Below, in pieces: positions 27,153-37,477 of a stretch of DNA of 64,000 bases; within the stretch, counting starts at the first letter, position 1; the number at the start of each line of letters is the position of its first letter. The notes below the pieces were generated by a model. It made no database searches, was not told where the DNA came from, and saw nothing but the letters and a program-made list of their open reading frames with translations. Position numbers and translations under genes: made by a program. Source of the stretch: an uncultured Acidobacterium sp. Its GTDB lineage: Bacteria > Acidobacteriota > Terriglobia > Terriglobales > Acidobacteriaceae. The stretch spans positions 197,786 through 261,785 of the forward strand of contig CAZHTJ010000001.1 in NCBI GenBank assembly GCA_964535525.1, in the 5' to 3' direction.

Positions 27153-28205
27153 CGGCGTTCTCGGCACCGTTCGCATCGTCAGAACTACCCGGAACTCCGC
27201 CTTCCCGCTCATCATCCGCGCATACGCCTCGGCCGCCTTCTCCAGCGGATAGGTCTCGATCATCGCACGCACGCCACTCAGTTCCGCAAAGCGCAGTGTA
27301 TCTTCGGAATCCGCCGGAGTTCCCGCCGCCCATCCCTGGATCGACTTACTTCCACTAATAAGTTGGATCGGCGTAACTTCAATAGGATCGAAGGTTGCCC
27401 CGACTACAATCAGCTTCCCATTTGGCCCCAGACCGTCGATCAGCTCCGACATCGCCTTGGAGTTGGGCGCAGTCGCCAGAATGACCTTCGCCCCGCCCAG
27501 CTTCTGCAATTCCTCCGCTGCGTTCGTCGCCTTGCTGTCGATATACACCCTCGCTCCGAGCTTCTTCGCCAGCACTGCGTTGTCCGGTCCCCGCCCGATC
27601 GCCGCCACCTTATACCCAAACTTGTTCGCGAACTGAACTCCCAGATGACCCAAACCACCGATCCCCTGCACGGCAACCAGATCCCCCGGAAACGCCCCGC
27701 TGTGTCGCAATGCGTTGTACGTTGTAATCCCCGCGCACAGCAGCGGCGCCGCCTCCGCATCTTTAAGACTTTCCGGTATCGAAACCAGCGCCTCCACTGG
27801 AGCCACCATGTACTGCTGGTATCCACCGTCATAACTGATGCCCGCAATTTTAAGATTCCGGCAGTTGCGAAAATCCCCGCGCCGGCATTCCGTGCAGGTG
27901 TTATCCTGGCCGCCGTGCCACCCCACGCCGACCCTCTGCCCCTTCTTCCACCCGGAAACACCCGCCCCCACTTCGTCGATGACGCCCGCCACTTCATGCC
28001 CTGGCACGCGCGGATACTGAATCCCCGGCCACGCTCCTTCCACCGTCAACATATCGCTGTGACAGACACCGCAGGCCTGTACTTTGATCCGCACCTGTCC
28101 TGAACCCGGCCTTGGAATCTCCCGCTCAACCACCTCGAAACCCGCTCCCGGCTTAGTAACTTGCGCGACTTTCATGGTTGCTACCGCTACTGCTGCTGCC
28201 GCCAT
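27144..28205 (-). CDS. Zinc-dependent alcohol dehydrogenase
   Basis: GVCHSD, GHEVAG, GxGGLG (GIGGLGHLG). ATG at 28205 is preceded by AGGAGGGG. Confidence 0.85.
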   Translation of the reverse strand: MAAAAVAVATMKVAQVTKPGAGFEVVEREIPRPGSGQVRIKVQACGVCHSDMLTVEGAWPGIQYPRVPGHEVAGVIDEVGAGVSGWKKGQRVGVGWHGGQDNTCTECRRGDFRNCRNLKIAGISYDGGYQQYMVAPVEALVSIPESLKDAEAAPLLCAGITTYNALRHSGAFPGDLVAVQGIGGLGHLGVQFANKFGYKVAAIGRGPDNAVLAKKLGARVYIDSKATNAAEELQKLGGAKVILATAPNSKAMSELIDGLGPNGKLIVVGATFDPIEVTPIQLISGSKSIQGWAAGTPADSEDTLRFAELSGVRAMIETYPLEKAAEAYARMMSGKAEFRVVLTMRTVPRTPVS

Positions 28206-28308
28206 AACCCCTCCTGTGATTTCTCGGTAAGTGTTGTTGTAACTGTATCGCGCATGATTTACTTTGCAACTTCGAAGACTTCTTCGCGTTCCCCGGAACT
28301 CATCCCGC

Positions 28309-29016
28309 TTACCACCGCCCCACATGCGCACCGTCGTCCACGTGCAGCACCTCCCCGGTTACATGAGCCGCTTCGGTCAGATAAACCACAGCCTCGGCAA
28401 TATCCTTCGGCTGGGAAACCGTCCCCATCGGTGAGCGCGCCTCAAGGGTGCCCTCGTGCAGAGCCGTAGCCACAACGCCCGGCGCGACGGCGTTGAAGCG
28501 AATCTTCTCCTTCGCGTATTCGTTCGCCAGGCTCAGCGTGATCGCATCGATGCCGCCTTTGGTCATCATCGGGACAGATGCCGGAGCCTCAGTCATAGGA
28601 TTATCCGCCAGCGATGCGCTGATACTGGTCACGCTGCCGCCCCTGCCCTGCGCCAGCATCTGCCTCACCGCACACTGCGTAATGTAGACGAATCCGTCAA
28701 GGTTGGTGGAGATGAAGGCGTGAACTTCCTCGGCGGTGTACTCCGTGAATGGCTTCGAAAAATAGATGCCCGCATTGTTCACCAAATGGTCGATCCCGCC
28801 AAACCGATCGATCGCCATCCGCGTCACCGCCTCCGCCGTCCCTTGTTGCCCAATATCCCCATCCACCAGCGCGAGCTGCGGCGATGCCGCGTAGCCCGCC
28901 TTCGAAACGCTGCGTGAAGTCGCCACCACGTCGTACCCGCGATCCAGAAAAACCTGCACAATCGCCGCTCCGATCCCTTGCGAAGCGCCCGTTACGATTA
29001 CCGTTTTTCCTGGCAT
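28309..29016 (-). CDS. SDR-family oxidoreductase
   Basis: TGASQGIGAA, NNAG. Typical ~235-aa classical SDR. Confidence 0.85.
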   Translation of the reverse strand: MPGKTVIVTGASQGIGAAIVQVFLDRGYDVVATSRSVSKAGYAASPQLALVDGDIGQQGTAEAVTRMAIDRFGGIDHLVNNAGIYFSKPFTEYTAEEVHAFISTNLDGFVYITQCAVRQMLAQGRGGSVTSISASLADNPMTEAPASVPMMTKGGIDAITLSLANEYAKEKIRFNAVAPGVVATALHEGTLEARSPMGTVSQPKDIAEAVVYLTEAAHVTGEVLHVDDGAHVGRW

Positions 29017-29235
29017 AGATGGCTCCCAAACAAAGCCGTCTGGAGATCCGGCTTAGCACGCCCGGCCCCCGGGATCGCGTAGCGTGCGAACCATGACACA
29101 CAGGCAGATTCCTGCGACCTGCCCGGCGATTCTTAAAAACATTACGCCCGCAATGTGAAAATCCGCCATCCCGCGCGTTCTTCTCGATCATCTGCTCCCA
29201 ACGCCGGACCGGCAGCCCGCGGCGGCAACAATCCG

Positions 29236-30450
29236 TTACACCGCGCTAAACTCCGCGCAAATCACTCGTACACCCTTCAGAAATTCCTCCTCCGGCGTCA
29301 GCAAGCTCACCACCAGCCATCCCGCCTCGCCGAATCCGAAGAAGGATCCCGGATGCACGTACACTCCGCGCTCCTCCACCAGCCGCACCGCCAGATCCTC
29401 ATCGCGACCCACAGCCGGAACCCGCAGCACCGCGTACCATCCCGCTTCCACCTTCAGCCGCGTCACAGCGGGATTACGTAACAGTATCTGATCCAAATTC
29501 CGCAGATTCGCCCACGTCCGCATCCGAATCTGCTCCTGGATCCCCCCGCACCCCTCCAGCCACGCCGGCAGCGCGCACTGTACCGGCGCATTCATCGACA
29601 AAAACGTATCCGCCACCACCTCCAGCCTTGCAAGCGCCTCGCTCAATTCCCGCTCCGGGCCGAACCCCGCAATCCACGCGGCCTTCATCTGTGGCAGCGC
29701 AGCAATCTTGCTGATCCCGCTCAGCACAAACGTCAGGCACGAATGCTCGCCCACACCAAAACTCTTTCCCTCCGCCCTGTGGTCATGGCCGCGCAGCGGC
29801 GACTCGCCCTCCGCGGTGTAATCGAGAAAAACCTCATCGACGATCAGCGCCAGACCGTACTCTGCGCAAATCCTCTCCAACTCCCGCCGCTCCGCAGCCT
29901 TCGTGTAGTGCCCCGTCGGGTTATTCGGATGCACCACCGCAATCGCCCTGATTCTGCTTTCGGCCCCCGCCGTGATCCGCTCCCGCAGCTCAGCCAAATC
30001 AATCTGCCATCCGTGGTCGTACACCATCGGATAACTGACCAGCCGCACATCCTCGATCTGCGCCAGAAAATCGAACAGCGGATAACTCGGCGTTGCGATC
30101 AGCACCTCATCGCCCGCATCGCACAGCAACCGGAACAGCCAGCTGTACGCCTCGCTCGTCCCCGTCGTCAGAAAAATCCGCTGCGGGTCGACGACCGCAC
30201 CCCGCGCCGCGTAGTACGCACACACCGCTTCCCGCGCCCGCAGCATCCCACGCGGCTCCGGATCATAAACCAGCGCCTCGCGATCCCCCAGCGCCGCCAG
30301 TATCCCCGCCTCATCGTAAGCAAACCCGCACTGCGTCGGATTCGAAGCCGTAAGATCCAGCACCTCGCGCCCCGCGGCCCGCCGCTCTCGCAGCGCCTGC
30401 GCCAACTGCGTCTCCGACACATCCCACGCCGTCCTCGCAGAAAAGCGCAC
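29236..30450 (-). CDS. PLP-dependent aminotransferase (class I/II)
   Basis: HPNNPTG, SGISK (PLP lysine context), class I fold order. Confidence 0.85.
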   Translation of the reverse strand: MRFSARTAWDVSETQLAQALRERRAAGREVLDLTASNPTQCGFAYDEAGILAALGDREALVYDPEPRGMLRAREAVCAYYAARGAVVDPQRIFLTTGTSEAYSWLFRLLCDAGDEVLIATPSYPLFDFLAQIEDVRLVSYPMVYDHGWQIDLAELRERITAGAESRIRAIAVVHPNNPTGHYTKAAERRELERICAEYGLALIVDEVFLDYTAEGESPLRGHDHRAEGKSFGVGEHSCLTFVLSGISKIAALPQMKAAWIAGFGPERELSEALARLEVVADTFLSMNAPVQCALPAWLEGCGGIQEQIRMRTWANLRNLDQILLRNPAVTRLKVEAGWYAVLRVPAVGRDEDLAVRLVEERGVYVHPGSFFGFGEAGWLVVSLLTPEEEFLKGVRVICAEFSAV

Positions 30451-30539
30451 CCGCTTATCTTTTCACAATGCGACTCGCTGCCGAACCCACCCCACGTCGG
30501 TCATAATCAACGCAGAGCCTAGCCGAACGAGGAGCACCG

Positions 30540-31190
30540 TTGCCCAGCCACTCCCCCATCAAAGCAGTCATCTTCGACTACGGCGAGGTCCTCTGTTCCG
30601 CCGAGCCCGCTGCGCGCCGCCGCCTCCTCGCCCTCACCGGCCTCGACCACGACGCCTTCGAGCGCCTCTACTGGCGCGACCGCCGCGATTACGACCTCGG
30701 CCTCCTCGACGGCCCACGCTACTGGGCCAAATTCGCGCGCGACGCCGGCCTCTCCTTCACCCCCGACGCAGTCGCCGCTCTGATCGAAAACGATGTCCTC
30801 ATGTGGACCGGCCATCTGAACGAGCCCATGCTCGCCTGGGCCGCCGCTCTCCAGGACGCGGGCCTCCTCACCGCCATCCTCTCCAACATGGGTCCCGACG
30901 TCCTCCGCACCATGCGCCAGGAATTCGCCTGGCTCGCCCATTTCAACCAGCTCACCTGGTCCTGCGAGCTCGGCATCGCCAAGCCCGACCCCGCCATCTA
31001 CATCCTCACCTGCGAAAAACTCGGCGTCCCTCTCAGCGAAGCTCTCTTCATCGACGACAAACAGGAAAACGTCCACGCCGCCGAACAACTCGGCCTCCAT
31101 GCCATCCAGTTCCGCAATGTGGACCAACTCCGCCGCGACCTCGCCGCCCGCGACCTCCTTACCCAGCTCCCCGAACCCATCCCTGCCTGA
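30540..31190 (+). CDS. HAD-superfamily hydrolase (subfamily IA)
   Basis: VIFDYGEVL motif I, LSN motif II, FIDDK motif IV. Confidence 0.8.
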   Translation: MPSHSPIKAVIFDYGEVLCSAEPAARRRLLALTGLDHDAFERLYWRDRRDYDLGLLDGPRYWAKFARDAGLSFTPDAVAALIENDVLMWTGHLNEPMLAWAAALQDAGLLTAILSNMGPDVLRTMRQEFAWLAHFNQLTWSCELGIAKPDPAIYILTCEKLGVPLSEALFIDDKQENVHAAEQLGLHAIQFRNVDQLRRDLAARDLLTQLPEPIPA

Positions 31191-31309
31191 AAACCACTGG
31201 CGGCAAAACCTTGCGTGGAGAAAGCGCCGTTCTCAGCAGTCTCGGCGGGATTCACTCTCACGAAGAAACAAAATTCTCAAGCCATGCCTGTTTCTTCGGC
31301 CCACGCAAC

Positions 31310-33262
31310 CTACCGGTCTTCTCCTGAATCGTCCAGTCCAACCCGGCGAATCAAATCCTGGAATCGAGGATCTCCGCGAAGAAAATCATAGCCAGGCTCT
31401 ACCTTGAGGCCAGTCATGGCATTGGACCGCTGCGCATAGGCTTTGTTGAGCCACAGAAGTGTGTGCTCCTTGTCGTACATTCCGGCATACGCCCAGGCGA
31501 TTGTGGCGGGATCCTGGGGTGGGCGACGGTCCAACCGCTCTAACTCCTCTACCGCGTGCCTGGCTTCCGCAGTGTGGCCGGAGCGGCCCAGCATAAAAGC
31601 CATCTCCGACCAGTACCGGTTCATACCGAAGAGCGGCTTGCATTTTTCGATGTCGGCCAGAGCCTGGGCGAACTGGCCGTTCTCTATATAGACGTCGCTC
31701 ACGCCGTGGGCGCGGGGAAAATTCGGGTCCATTTCGAGCACCGCATTCAGCCTGGCTTCGGCACGGTCGTAGTGGCGCGAGTAGTAATAGATCATTCCGT
31801 TATCCGAGGCAATGATCAGGGAGAGGGGATCCAGTTCGCGGGCGCGCTCGCTTGCCCGCAGCGCCTCATCGAAGCGGCCTAACCAGGTGAGATACTCCGC
31901 GTACCATTGGTAAGCGGTGGCGTAGTTCGGATCCAACTCGATCGCCCGGCGGTATTCCTTCTCCGCCGCCGGCCAATCCCAATCGTAGTTTTCCGTAATT
32001 AAGGCGAGAGAAGTATGCGCTTCGGCGAGCCCTTCATCCAGATAGAGGGCTTTCGTCGCTGCCGCCCGAGCCTTCCGCATAGGCTCAGCAGGAGGTCCAC
32101 CACTATAAGCCGCCAAAAGAATGTAAGAGTCAGCCAAACCTGCATACGCCTGCGCGTAGTTGGGATCTTTGGCGATGGCCTGCTGAAAATATTGAATTGC
32201 CTGTTCGAAACCGTCGTCCGTTCTCTTATTCCAGAAGTACCGCCCCCTCAAATAGAGGTTGTACGCTTCATACGAATTGGTCGATCGCGGCAGCGGCTCC
32301 CCAGCCCGAGTGACCGTGGTGTGGCCGAGGGAGCGCTGAATCTCCCCCATGATCGCCTGCGCGATCTCGCCCTGCACCGCCAGCGTGTTGCTCAATTCGC
32401 GGTCGTAACGTCGCGCCCACAGGTGGCTCTGGTCCTTCAGCTCGATCAGCTGTGCCGTGATCCTTACCTTATCCGCGTCGCGCCGAACGCTGCCCTCCAG
32501 CGCATACTGCACTCCCAGTTCCTGGCCGATCTGGTCCAGCGGCGTCTTGCCGCCCTTGTAGTGCATCACCGAGGTGCGCGCGATCACCCCCAGGTGCTGC
32601 GGATCGAGATCGCCCAGCTGCGCGATCATCTCTTCCGTCATGCCGTCGCTGAAATAATCCTGCCCTGGATCCCCGGTTAAGTTTTCGAAAGGCAGAACCG
32701 CCAGCATCACCCGCTCCGGCGCGGCCTGTGGCCGAGGGTGATGTCGCCCACGCCATACCTCTGCCCCCGCCAGCGCGATCGCCACCACGCCGGCCGCCGC
32801 CAGCCACATCCAAAGCGGTTTCCTGCCGGCGCCTCGGCCTGCATCCCCATGCGCGATTGCTTCCCGATGAGCTGGCGTTTCCGCTGCTGCCACTCCGCCC
32901 GCCGCGTTCGGAGCCGCCGTCGAGCCGCCCGCGTCGATCTCCCGCACCTCAACCGCCAGCCGATATCCCTTCCCCGGGATCGTGATGATGTAGCTGCTGT
33001 CCTGCGCGCTTTCTCCCAGAGCTTTGCGCAGCAGAAAGATGTTTTGCGTCAGGTTCGATTCCTCGACATAGGAATCGGGCCAGACCGCGTGCATCAGTTC
33101 CTCTTTGGAAACGGTCTCCCCGCTGCGGGCCACCATCGCCAACAGAATTTCAAGGGCTTTGGGTGGCAACGGAACGGCGCTGCCGTCGCGCCAGAGCTGC
33201 AATTTCCGCGGGTCCACCTGGTACGGGCCGAACTCATACAACTTGTTGAAATCTTGAGCCAT
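31310..33262 (-). CDS. OmpR/PhoB-type winged-helix DNA-binding protein with TM segment and TPR repeats (CadC-like, one-component)
   Basis: N-terminal YEFGPYQVDPRKLQLWRDGSAVPLPPKALEILLAMV...IITIPGKGYRL. One TM segment (LWMWLAAAGVVAIALAG). C-terminal TPR-like AYxxLG repeats. Start taken at MAQDF (33262). Confidence 0.8.
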   Translation of the reverse strand: MAQDFNKLYEFGPYQVDPRKLQLWRDGSAVPLPPKALEILLAMVARSGETVSKEELMHAVWPDSYVEESNLTQNIFLLRKALGESAQDSSYIITIPGKGYRLAVEVREIDAGGSTAAPNAAGGVAAAETPAHREAIAHGDAGRGAGRKPLWMWLAAAGVVAIALAGAEVWRGRHHPRPQAAPERVMLAVLPFENLTGDPGQDYFSDGMTEEMIAQLGDLDPQHLGVIARTSVMHYKGGKTPLDQIGQELGVQYALEGSVRRDADKVRITAQLIELKDQSHLWARRYDRELSNTLAVQGEIAQAIMGEIQRSLGHTTVTRAGEPLPRSTNSYEAYNLYLRGRYFWNKRTDDGFEQAIQYFQQAIAKDPNYAQAYAGLADSYILLAAYSGGPPAEPMRKARAAATKALYLDEGLAEAHTSLALITENYDWDWPAAEKEYRRAIELDPNYATAYQWYAEYLTWLGRFDEALRASERARELDPLSLIIASDNGMIYYYSRHYDRAEARLNAVLEMDPNFPRAHGVSDVYIENGQFAQALADIEKCKPLFGMNRYWSEMAFMLGRSGHTAEARHAVEELERLDRRPPQDPATIAWAYAGMYDKEHTLLWLNKAYAQRSNAMTGLKVEPGYDFLRGDPRFQDLIRRVGLDDSGEDR

Positions 33263-33488
33263 ATGGCTCTCTTGGGAAAAATTGAGAAATTTTGAGCCGG
33301 CGCCTGAAGACCTTTCGGCCTCCTGCAAGGCAATGTAACCAGCGTTGGTGAGATCGCGGGGAAAACGATCAATAGGATAGCACGCTTCCAGCGCCCAGAG
33401 CTGGATTGCAAGCCAGCAGCGCCGCGCAGTCTGATCCGCTTTCCGCGATTTCGACGGCTACATCAATCCTTCTGAATGAGGTTCGACC

Positions 33489-34631
33489 ATGAAGCATCTT
33501 TCCAGACTCTCGATTTTGATTTTCTGCGCGGCGCTCACTGCCTTCGGACAAGCGGTCCCATCCCAAATTGCCAACGTCCAACTGAGTAATGCGGCCGGGA
33601 ATCGCACCGGTTCCGGCATACAGGTGAATTACGCTATGACCGGAACCGGCAATCACGGCTTCAACGGCTACCTCCAGTTCAACATGAGCGTCTTCCCCAC
33701 GCTCACGCCGGCACAGGTGCAGAAAGCCACCCTGGTCCTGTATCTCGAACCCGCCGGAGGCCCCGGCACAGTGGCCTTGTGCGCGGCAGCCTCCTCCTGG
33801 TCCGCCACCACGATTACCGGTACTCACGTGCCTGGCTGCATCGCCGGCACCACGACGAACCTCGCCATCACCACAGCTCAGCTCAACACTGGCGCCTATG
33901 TCGCCGCCGACGTCACCTCCATCGTGCAGAGCTGGTATAACGGCACAGCGAACAACGGATTCATCCTCAGTGCCACAACCATCGGGACCAACGTCACCTT
34001 CAATACTGTCACCAACGTCCTCGGCTATACCGTTGGCGATTCGCCCGTGCTCGACCTCGTCCTCCAAAGCCAGGGCCCGCAAGGACCGATCGGTCCGCAG
34101 GGTTTAACAGGACCCGCAGGACCCATGGGTCCGATGGGTCCGCTCGGACCGATCGGGCCGGCTGGACCGGTGGGACCCCTGGGACCGGTAGGGCCGGCTG
34201 GGCCAACCGGGCCGACGGGACCAGCGGGTCCGGCCACTCCCAACACCCTCTACTACAACCAGATCAACTCCGTCGGCGGCGACCCGCAGAATATCGTTGA
34301 AGTGGATGGCCTCTATTACCTGCCGCCCGGAACCTGGATGATCTGGGCGCCCACCCATACCACCGGCGACACCACCGGAAACGCCGGATGCTACCTGGAG
34401 ATCAACCGCGACGATCCTTCGAATGGCGGTTCCTTCCTGCTCGCTGAGGGCGGAACCGCGATCTACAGCGCCGACGACTCGACTTACGGACGCCTGGACA
34501 TGTACGGAGTTGTGATCTTGCCCAACGCCGGCTACAACATCGTGACCACCGTATGCGGCACGCACAACACCGGTGTGCACTTCGTCGGACAGATGTTTGC
34601 CTTGCTCATCGGCAACCCAGTCCAGGACTAA
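33489..34631 (+). CDS. Secreted DNRLRE-like domain / collagen triple-helix repeat / C-terminal globular domain protein
   Basis: Signal peptide. The segment ...[21 protein letters not shown] resembles a DNRLRE domain. About 17-18 uninterrupted G-X-Y triplets at 34074-34235 ([20 protein letters not shown]...). Then a ~130-aa Cys-containing C-terminal domain. Confidence 0.8.
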   Translation: MKHLSRLSILIFCAALTAFGQAVPSQIANVQLSNAAGNRTGSGIQVNYAMTGTGNHGFNGYLQFNMSVFPTLTPAQVQKATLVLYLEPAGGPGTVALCAAASSWSATTITGTHVPGCIAGTTTNLAITTAQLNTGAYVAADVTSIVQSWYNGTANNGFILSATTIGTNVTFNTVTNVLGYTVGDSPVLDLVLQSQGPQGPIGPQGLTGPAGPMGPMGPLGPIGPAGPVGPLGPVGPAGPTGPTGPAGPATPNTLYYNQINSVGGDPQNIVEVDGLYYLPPGTWMIWAPTHTTGDTTGNAGCYLEINRDDPSNGGSFLLAEGGTAIYSADDSTYGRLDMYGVVILPNAGYNIVTTVCGTHNTGVHFVGQMFALLIGNPVQD

Positions 34632-34652
34632 CCCTTCCCCAGTTCCTCCACC

Positions 34653-34714
34653 GGGACCCCGCCCCGACCCCGGCGCGCCAGCGCTGGGATCGAATCAGGC
34701 GGGGTCCCTCTTTG
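34653..34714 (+). terminator. Long GC hairpin + T-rich tail after the collagen-like gene
   Basis: gggaccccgcc (34653-34663) pairs with ggcggggtccc (34698-34708), with an inner imperfect stem, followed by tctttg. Confidence 0.5.
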
Positions 34715-34747
34715 CGGCTGCCAGCCACCAGCGGCCAGCCCCCGGTT

Positions 34748-36034
34748 TCAGCCCCCCGCTTCCAGCTTCCGGCTTCCTGCTTCCTGCTCCACTCTCACCT
34801 GCTCCACAATCTCCACGCTGAACCCCTGCAGCGCCGGCACATGCGTCGGCGTATTGCTCAGCAGCCGGATCCGATGAATCCCCAGATCCGCGAGGATCTG
34901 CCCGCCCAGCCCCACTTCGCGCAGAGTCCGATGATGCCGATCCTCATGCAGCTCCCGCGCCCGCGCCTCGCGATGAAACACGATCCGATGCGGCGTCGCC
35001 GTGCGATCGATTTCAAATCCACGGCTCGCGTTGTGCAGATAAATCAGCGCCCCGCGCCCCGCCTCCGCAATCATCTTCAGCGACTGCCGCAGAATCCCCT
35101 GGCACTCGCACAGCGTCGTCCCAAACACATCGCCCGCCAGGCAATGCGAGTGCACTCGCACCAGCACCGGGGCCCCCGACGCGCCCGATGTTGGCGTGGC
35201 GGGGTGGAGCACCGGCACGTCCTGTTCCGATCCGCCCGGACTCAAACCACCATGCCCCGCGCCGCTCTGATGCACATCCCCGCGCACCAGCGCCACATGG
35301 CTTTCCCCGCCATGCACCTCGCTCTCGTACGCAATCATCAGAAAATCCCCCCACTCCGTCGGCATCGGGCTCTGGGCCACCCGCACAATGTAGCGCTCGT
35401 GCTGCAGCCGGTGCCGGATCAGCTCCGCCACCGTCAGCATTTTGATACCGTGCCTGTTACAAAATTCCAGCAGGTCCGGCACCCGCGCCATTCTGCCGTC
35501 GTCGTTCATCACTTCGCAGATCACGCCCGCCGGAATCAGCCCCGCCAGCCGCGCCAGATCCACCGACGCCTCCGTCTGCCCCGCCCGCACCAGCACCCCG
35601 CCCTTGCGCGCCCGCAGCGGAAACACATGTCCCGGCCGCGTCAAATCCTGCGCCGTCGACGTAGGATCGATCGCCACCTGAATCGTCCGCGCGCGATCGT
35701 ACGCCGAAATCCCGGTCGTCACGCCCTCCCGCGCCTCAATCGACTCGGTAAACGCCGTCCCAAACCGCGACGAGTTCTGCACCGTCATCGGTCCCAGCTG
35801 CAGATAATCCGCGCGCTCCTCGGTCAGCGCCAGGCAAATCAGCCCGCGCCCCTCCCGCGCCATAAAATTAATCGCTTCCGGAGTTACATATTCCGCTGCC
35901 AGCATCAGATCGCCCTCGTTCTCGCGATCCTCATCGTCCACGACAACAATCATCCGCCCCGCCTGGATCTCCTCCAGCGCCCCCGGCACATCCGTCATCA
36001 CCCGCGCATCCCGCATTCCCCTATTCTCCGCCAT
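34748..36034 (-). CDS. ribBA: Bifunctional DHBP synthase / GTP cyclohydrolase II-like protein (RibBA; C-terminal half divergent)
   Basis: RibB motifs [19 protein letters not shown]. The RibA-like half keeps the Cys triad ([17 protein letters not shown]) but not the QEGRGIGL / D.RDYG blocks. It has a ~30-aa low-complexity insert. The start may be at 36016. Confidence 0.85.
   Translation of the reverse strand: MAENRGMRDARVMTDVPGALEEIQAGRMIVVVDDEDRENEGDLMLAAEYVTPEAINFMAREGRGLICLALTEERADYLQLGPMTVQNSSRFGTAFTESIEAREGVTTGISAYDRARTIQVAIDPTSTAQDLTRPGHVFPLRARKGGVLVRAGQTEASVDLARLAGLIPAGVICEVMNDDGRMARVPDLLEFCNRHGIKMLTVAELIRHRLQHERYIVRVAQSPMPTEWGDFLMIAYESEVHGGESHVALVRGDVHQSGAGHGGLSPGGSEQDVPVLHPATPTSGASGAPVLVRVHSHCLAGDVFGTTLCECQGILRQSLKMIAEAGRGALIYLHNASRGFEIDRTATPHRIVFHREARARELHEDRHHRTLREVGLGGQILADLGIHRIRLLSNTPTHVPALQGFSVEIVEQVRVEQEAGSRKLEAGG
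34758..34799. repeat. Heptad tandem array inside the 3' end of ribBA
   Basis: gcttcca gcttccg gcttcct gcttcct gctccac tctcacc, which encodes the ...[13 protein letters not shown] tail. Confidence 0.8.
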
Positions 36035-36956
36035 CGCCCCCTTCGTCGGCTACCTTATCCCCTGCCTGTCGCTTCGCCTGCGATCGTTTGCGATCCTGCT
36101 TGGGGGCCGCGGGCTTCGCCGCTGCCGGTTTACCCGCATCCTTTCCGGGAACCAAATGCAGGGAGAGCGAGGCCAAAGTGTCCTCCCTCTTCCCATCGTT
36201 ATCGATGCGTGACGCCAGCAGACTCCCCAGCATCAACTGATGCGTCTCTACCAGCCGCGAATGAAAGGCGGCCAGCGTCTCGCTGCTCGACTTATTCATA
36301 TTCAGATAGATTGCCCCAACGAAATTCGTGAGTATCGCCCCCACTCCGCCAAGGGTCGCTGTGATCACTTTGCCCGCCTGATCACCTTGTTGCGAGAACT
36401 GCACGATGTACATCGTGACGCCGATGATCGCCGCGCCCATTCCAATACAGGCGATCCCTAGCAGGAATACCCAACGGTTCTGGCTCAGATTGAGGTTGTA
36501 ATAGCGGCGCAACTGAATATCGTTCAGACGCAGCAGCTTCTCAGCCCTCGTTTCCCTCTTGCTCACTTCATAGCTGAATAAGTCGATCTGAAAATCCACC
36601 TGCTCCAGCTCATTATCCATGTCTCTCAGACTCGAACGGAGCCCCGGCAATATCGCGATCGGTATGACGAGATAGAGCCCAGGAAGCAGCAGGACCGGCT
36701 TCTGCTGAAATCGCGCGTGGAGAATCCAGAAAACGAAGGGGAGAACACCCACGCACACAATCGAAGCGGCCGACAAGAAATAGAAGGACAGTTGCACGCG
36801 CTGCCTTTGCTCTTCCAGCTTCTGCTTGCGCTTCTTCAGCGCCCTGACCGCTTCTGTATCCGCGTTCTCCTGCTGGAACTGCGGGCCCACTTGCGGCGCA
36901 GTCAGATCGATCGTTTCTTCCTGGTTCTCGTTTACCTGCGGTGGCTGAACAGGCAT
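36021..36956 (-). CDS. Four-TM membrane protein of unknown function (two 2-TM hairpins separated by a coiled-coil-like linker)
   Basis: TM1 LSFYFLSAASIVCVGVLPFVFWIL, TM2 VLLLPGLYLVIPIAILPGL, TM3 WVFLLGIACIGMGAAIIGVTMYIV, TM4 VITATLGGVGAILTNFVGAIYL. Lys/Ala-rich tail. Start taken at MPVQPP (36956). Confidence 0.6.
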   Translation of the reverse strand: MPVQPPQVNENQEETIDLTAPQVGPQFQQENADTEAVRALKKRKQKLEEQRQRVQLSFYFLSAASIVCVGVLPFVFWILHARFQQKPVLLLPGLYLVIPIAILPGLRSSLRDMDNELEQVDFQIDLFSYEVSKRETRAEKLLRLNDIQLRRYYNLNLSQNRWVFLLGIACIGMGAAIIGVTMYIVQFSQQGDQAGKVITATLGGVGAILTNFVGAIYLNMNKSSSETLAAFHSRLVETHQLMLGSLLASRIDNDGKREDTLASLSLHLVPGKDAGKPAAAKPAAPKQDRKRSQAKRQAGDKVADEGGDGGE

Positions 36957-37157
36957 ATTTCTCTCTCCAATCGGGCGATTGAAACGCGCTGCTTCCTCCG
37001 GAAAGGCTGCTGAACCTGGGGAGTGAAACAACGCAGAGAGAAACTTGAAAGGTCAGATGCTATGTGATCCTCGCTCTCATCGTTCCGATGCTGCGAGTAA
37101 TCCGGTGGCTTTTGCCCGGCTCCTTCTGGCCCGGTCCGATCTTATCCTGCCCCGGCC

Positions 37158-37463
37158 CTACCGTACGATCTTCAGTTCCTGAAGACTGTCGCCCTTCCTG
37201 AGCAGAATTTTGGTGTCAGGCTCGGCATTCGCATTCACGATCAGGTCGCTCAGGCTGATAGCCTGCCGCAACGCGTCCGAAAGGCTAATATTCTGCATCT
37301 TCGCCAGCCGCTGAAGCGTATCATACTGATCTCCCGAAAATATGACATTCACCCGTCTGGAATCCGTCGAGCGCTCCGCCACACCACCGGTCGGCGCAGA
37401 CTCGCTCTGAGTCGGCGCGGTGGGCTCGGAAATTGCCTCTATTGCCCGTGCTCCTCCCCCCAT
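37158..37463 (-). CDS. Small ribbon-helix-helix-like protein
   Basis: Strong SD (AAGGAGG, 8 nt before the ATG). Disordered N-terminus, then VNVIFSGDQYDTLQRLAKMQNISLSDALRQAISL (beta-alpha-alpha pattern). Confidence 0.55.
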   Translation of the reverse strand: MGGGARAIEAISEPTAPTQSESAPTGGVAERSTDSRRVNVIFSGDQYDTLQRLAKMQNISLSDALRQAISLSDLIVNANAEPDTKILLRKGDSLQELKIVR

Positions 37464-37477
37464 CTCCGTAATCCTCC

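Noticed and set aside
36016-37160. An FMN riboswitch upstream of ribBA.
   Set aside because: The region immediately upstream of ribBA is occupied by the four-TM protein gene (overlapping or abutting the ribBA start), leaving no room for an aptamer. No FMN-element-like conserved helices were recognised.
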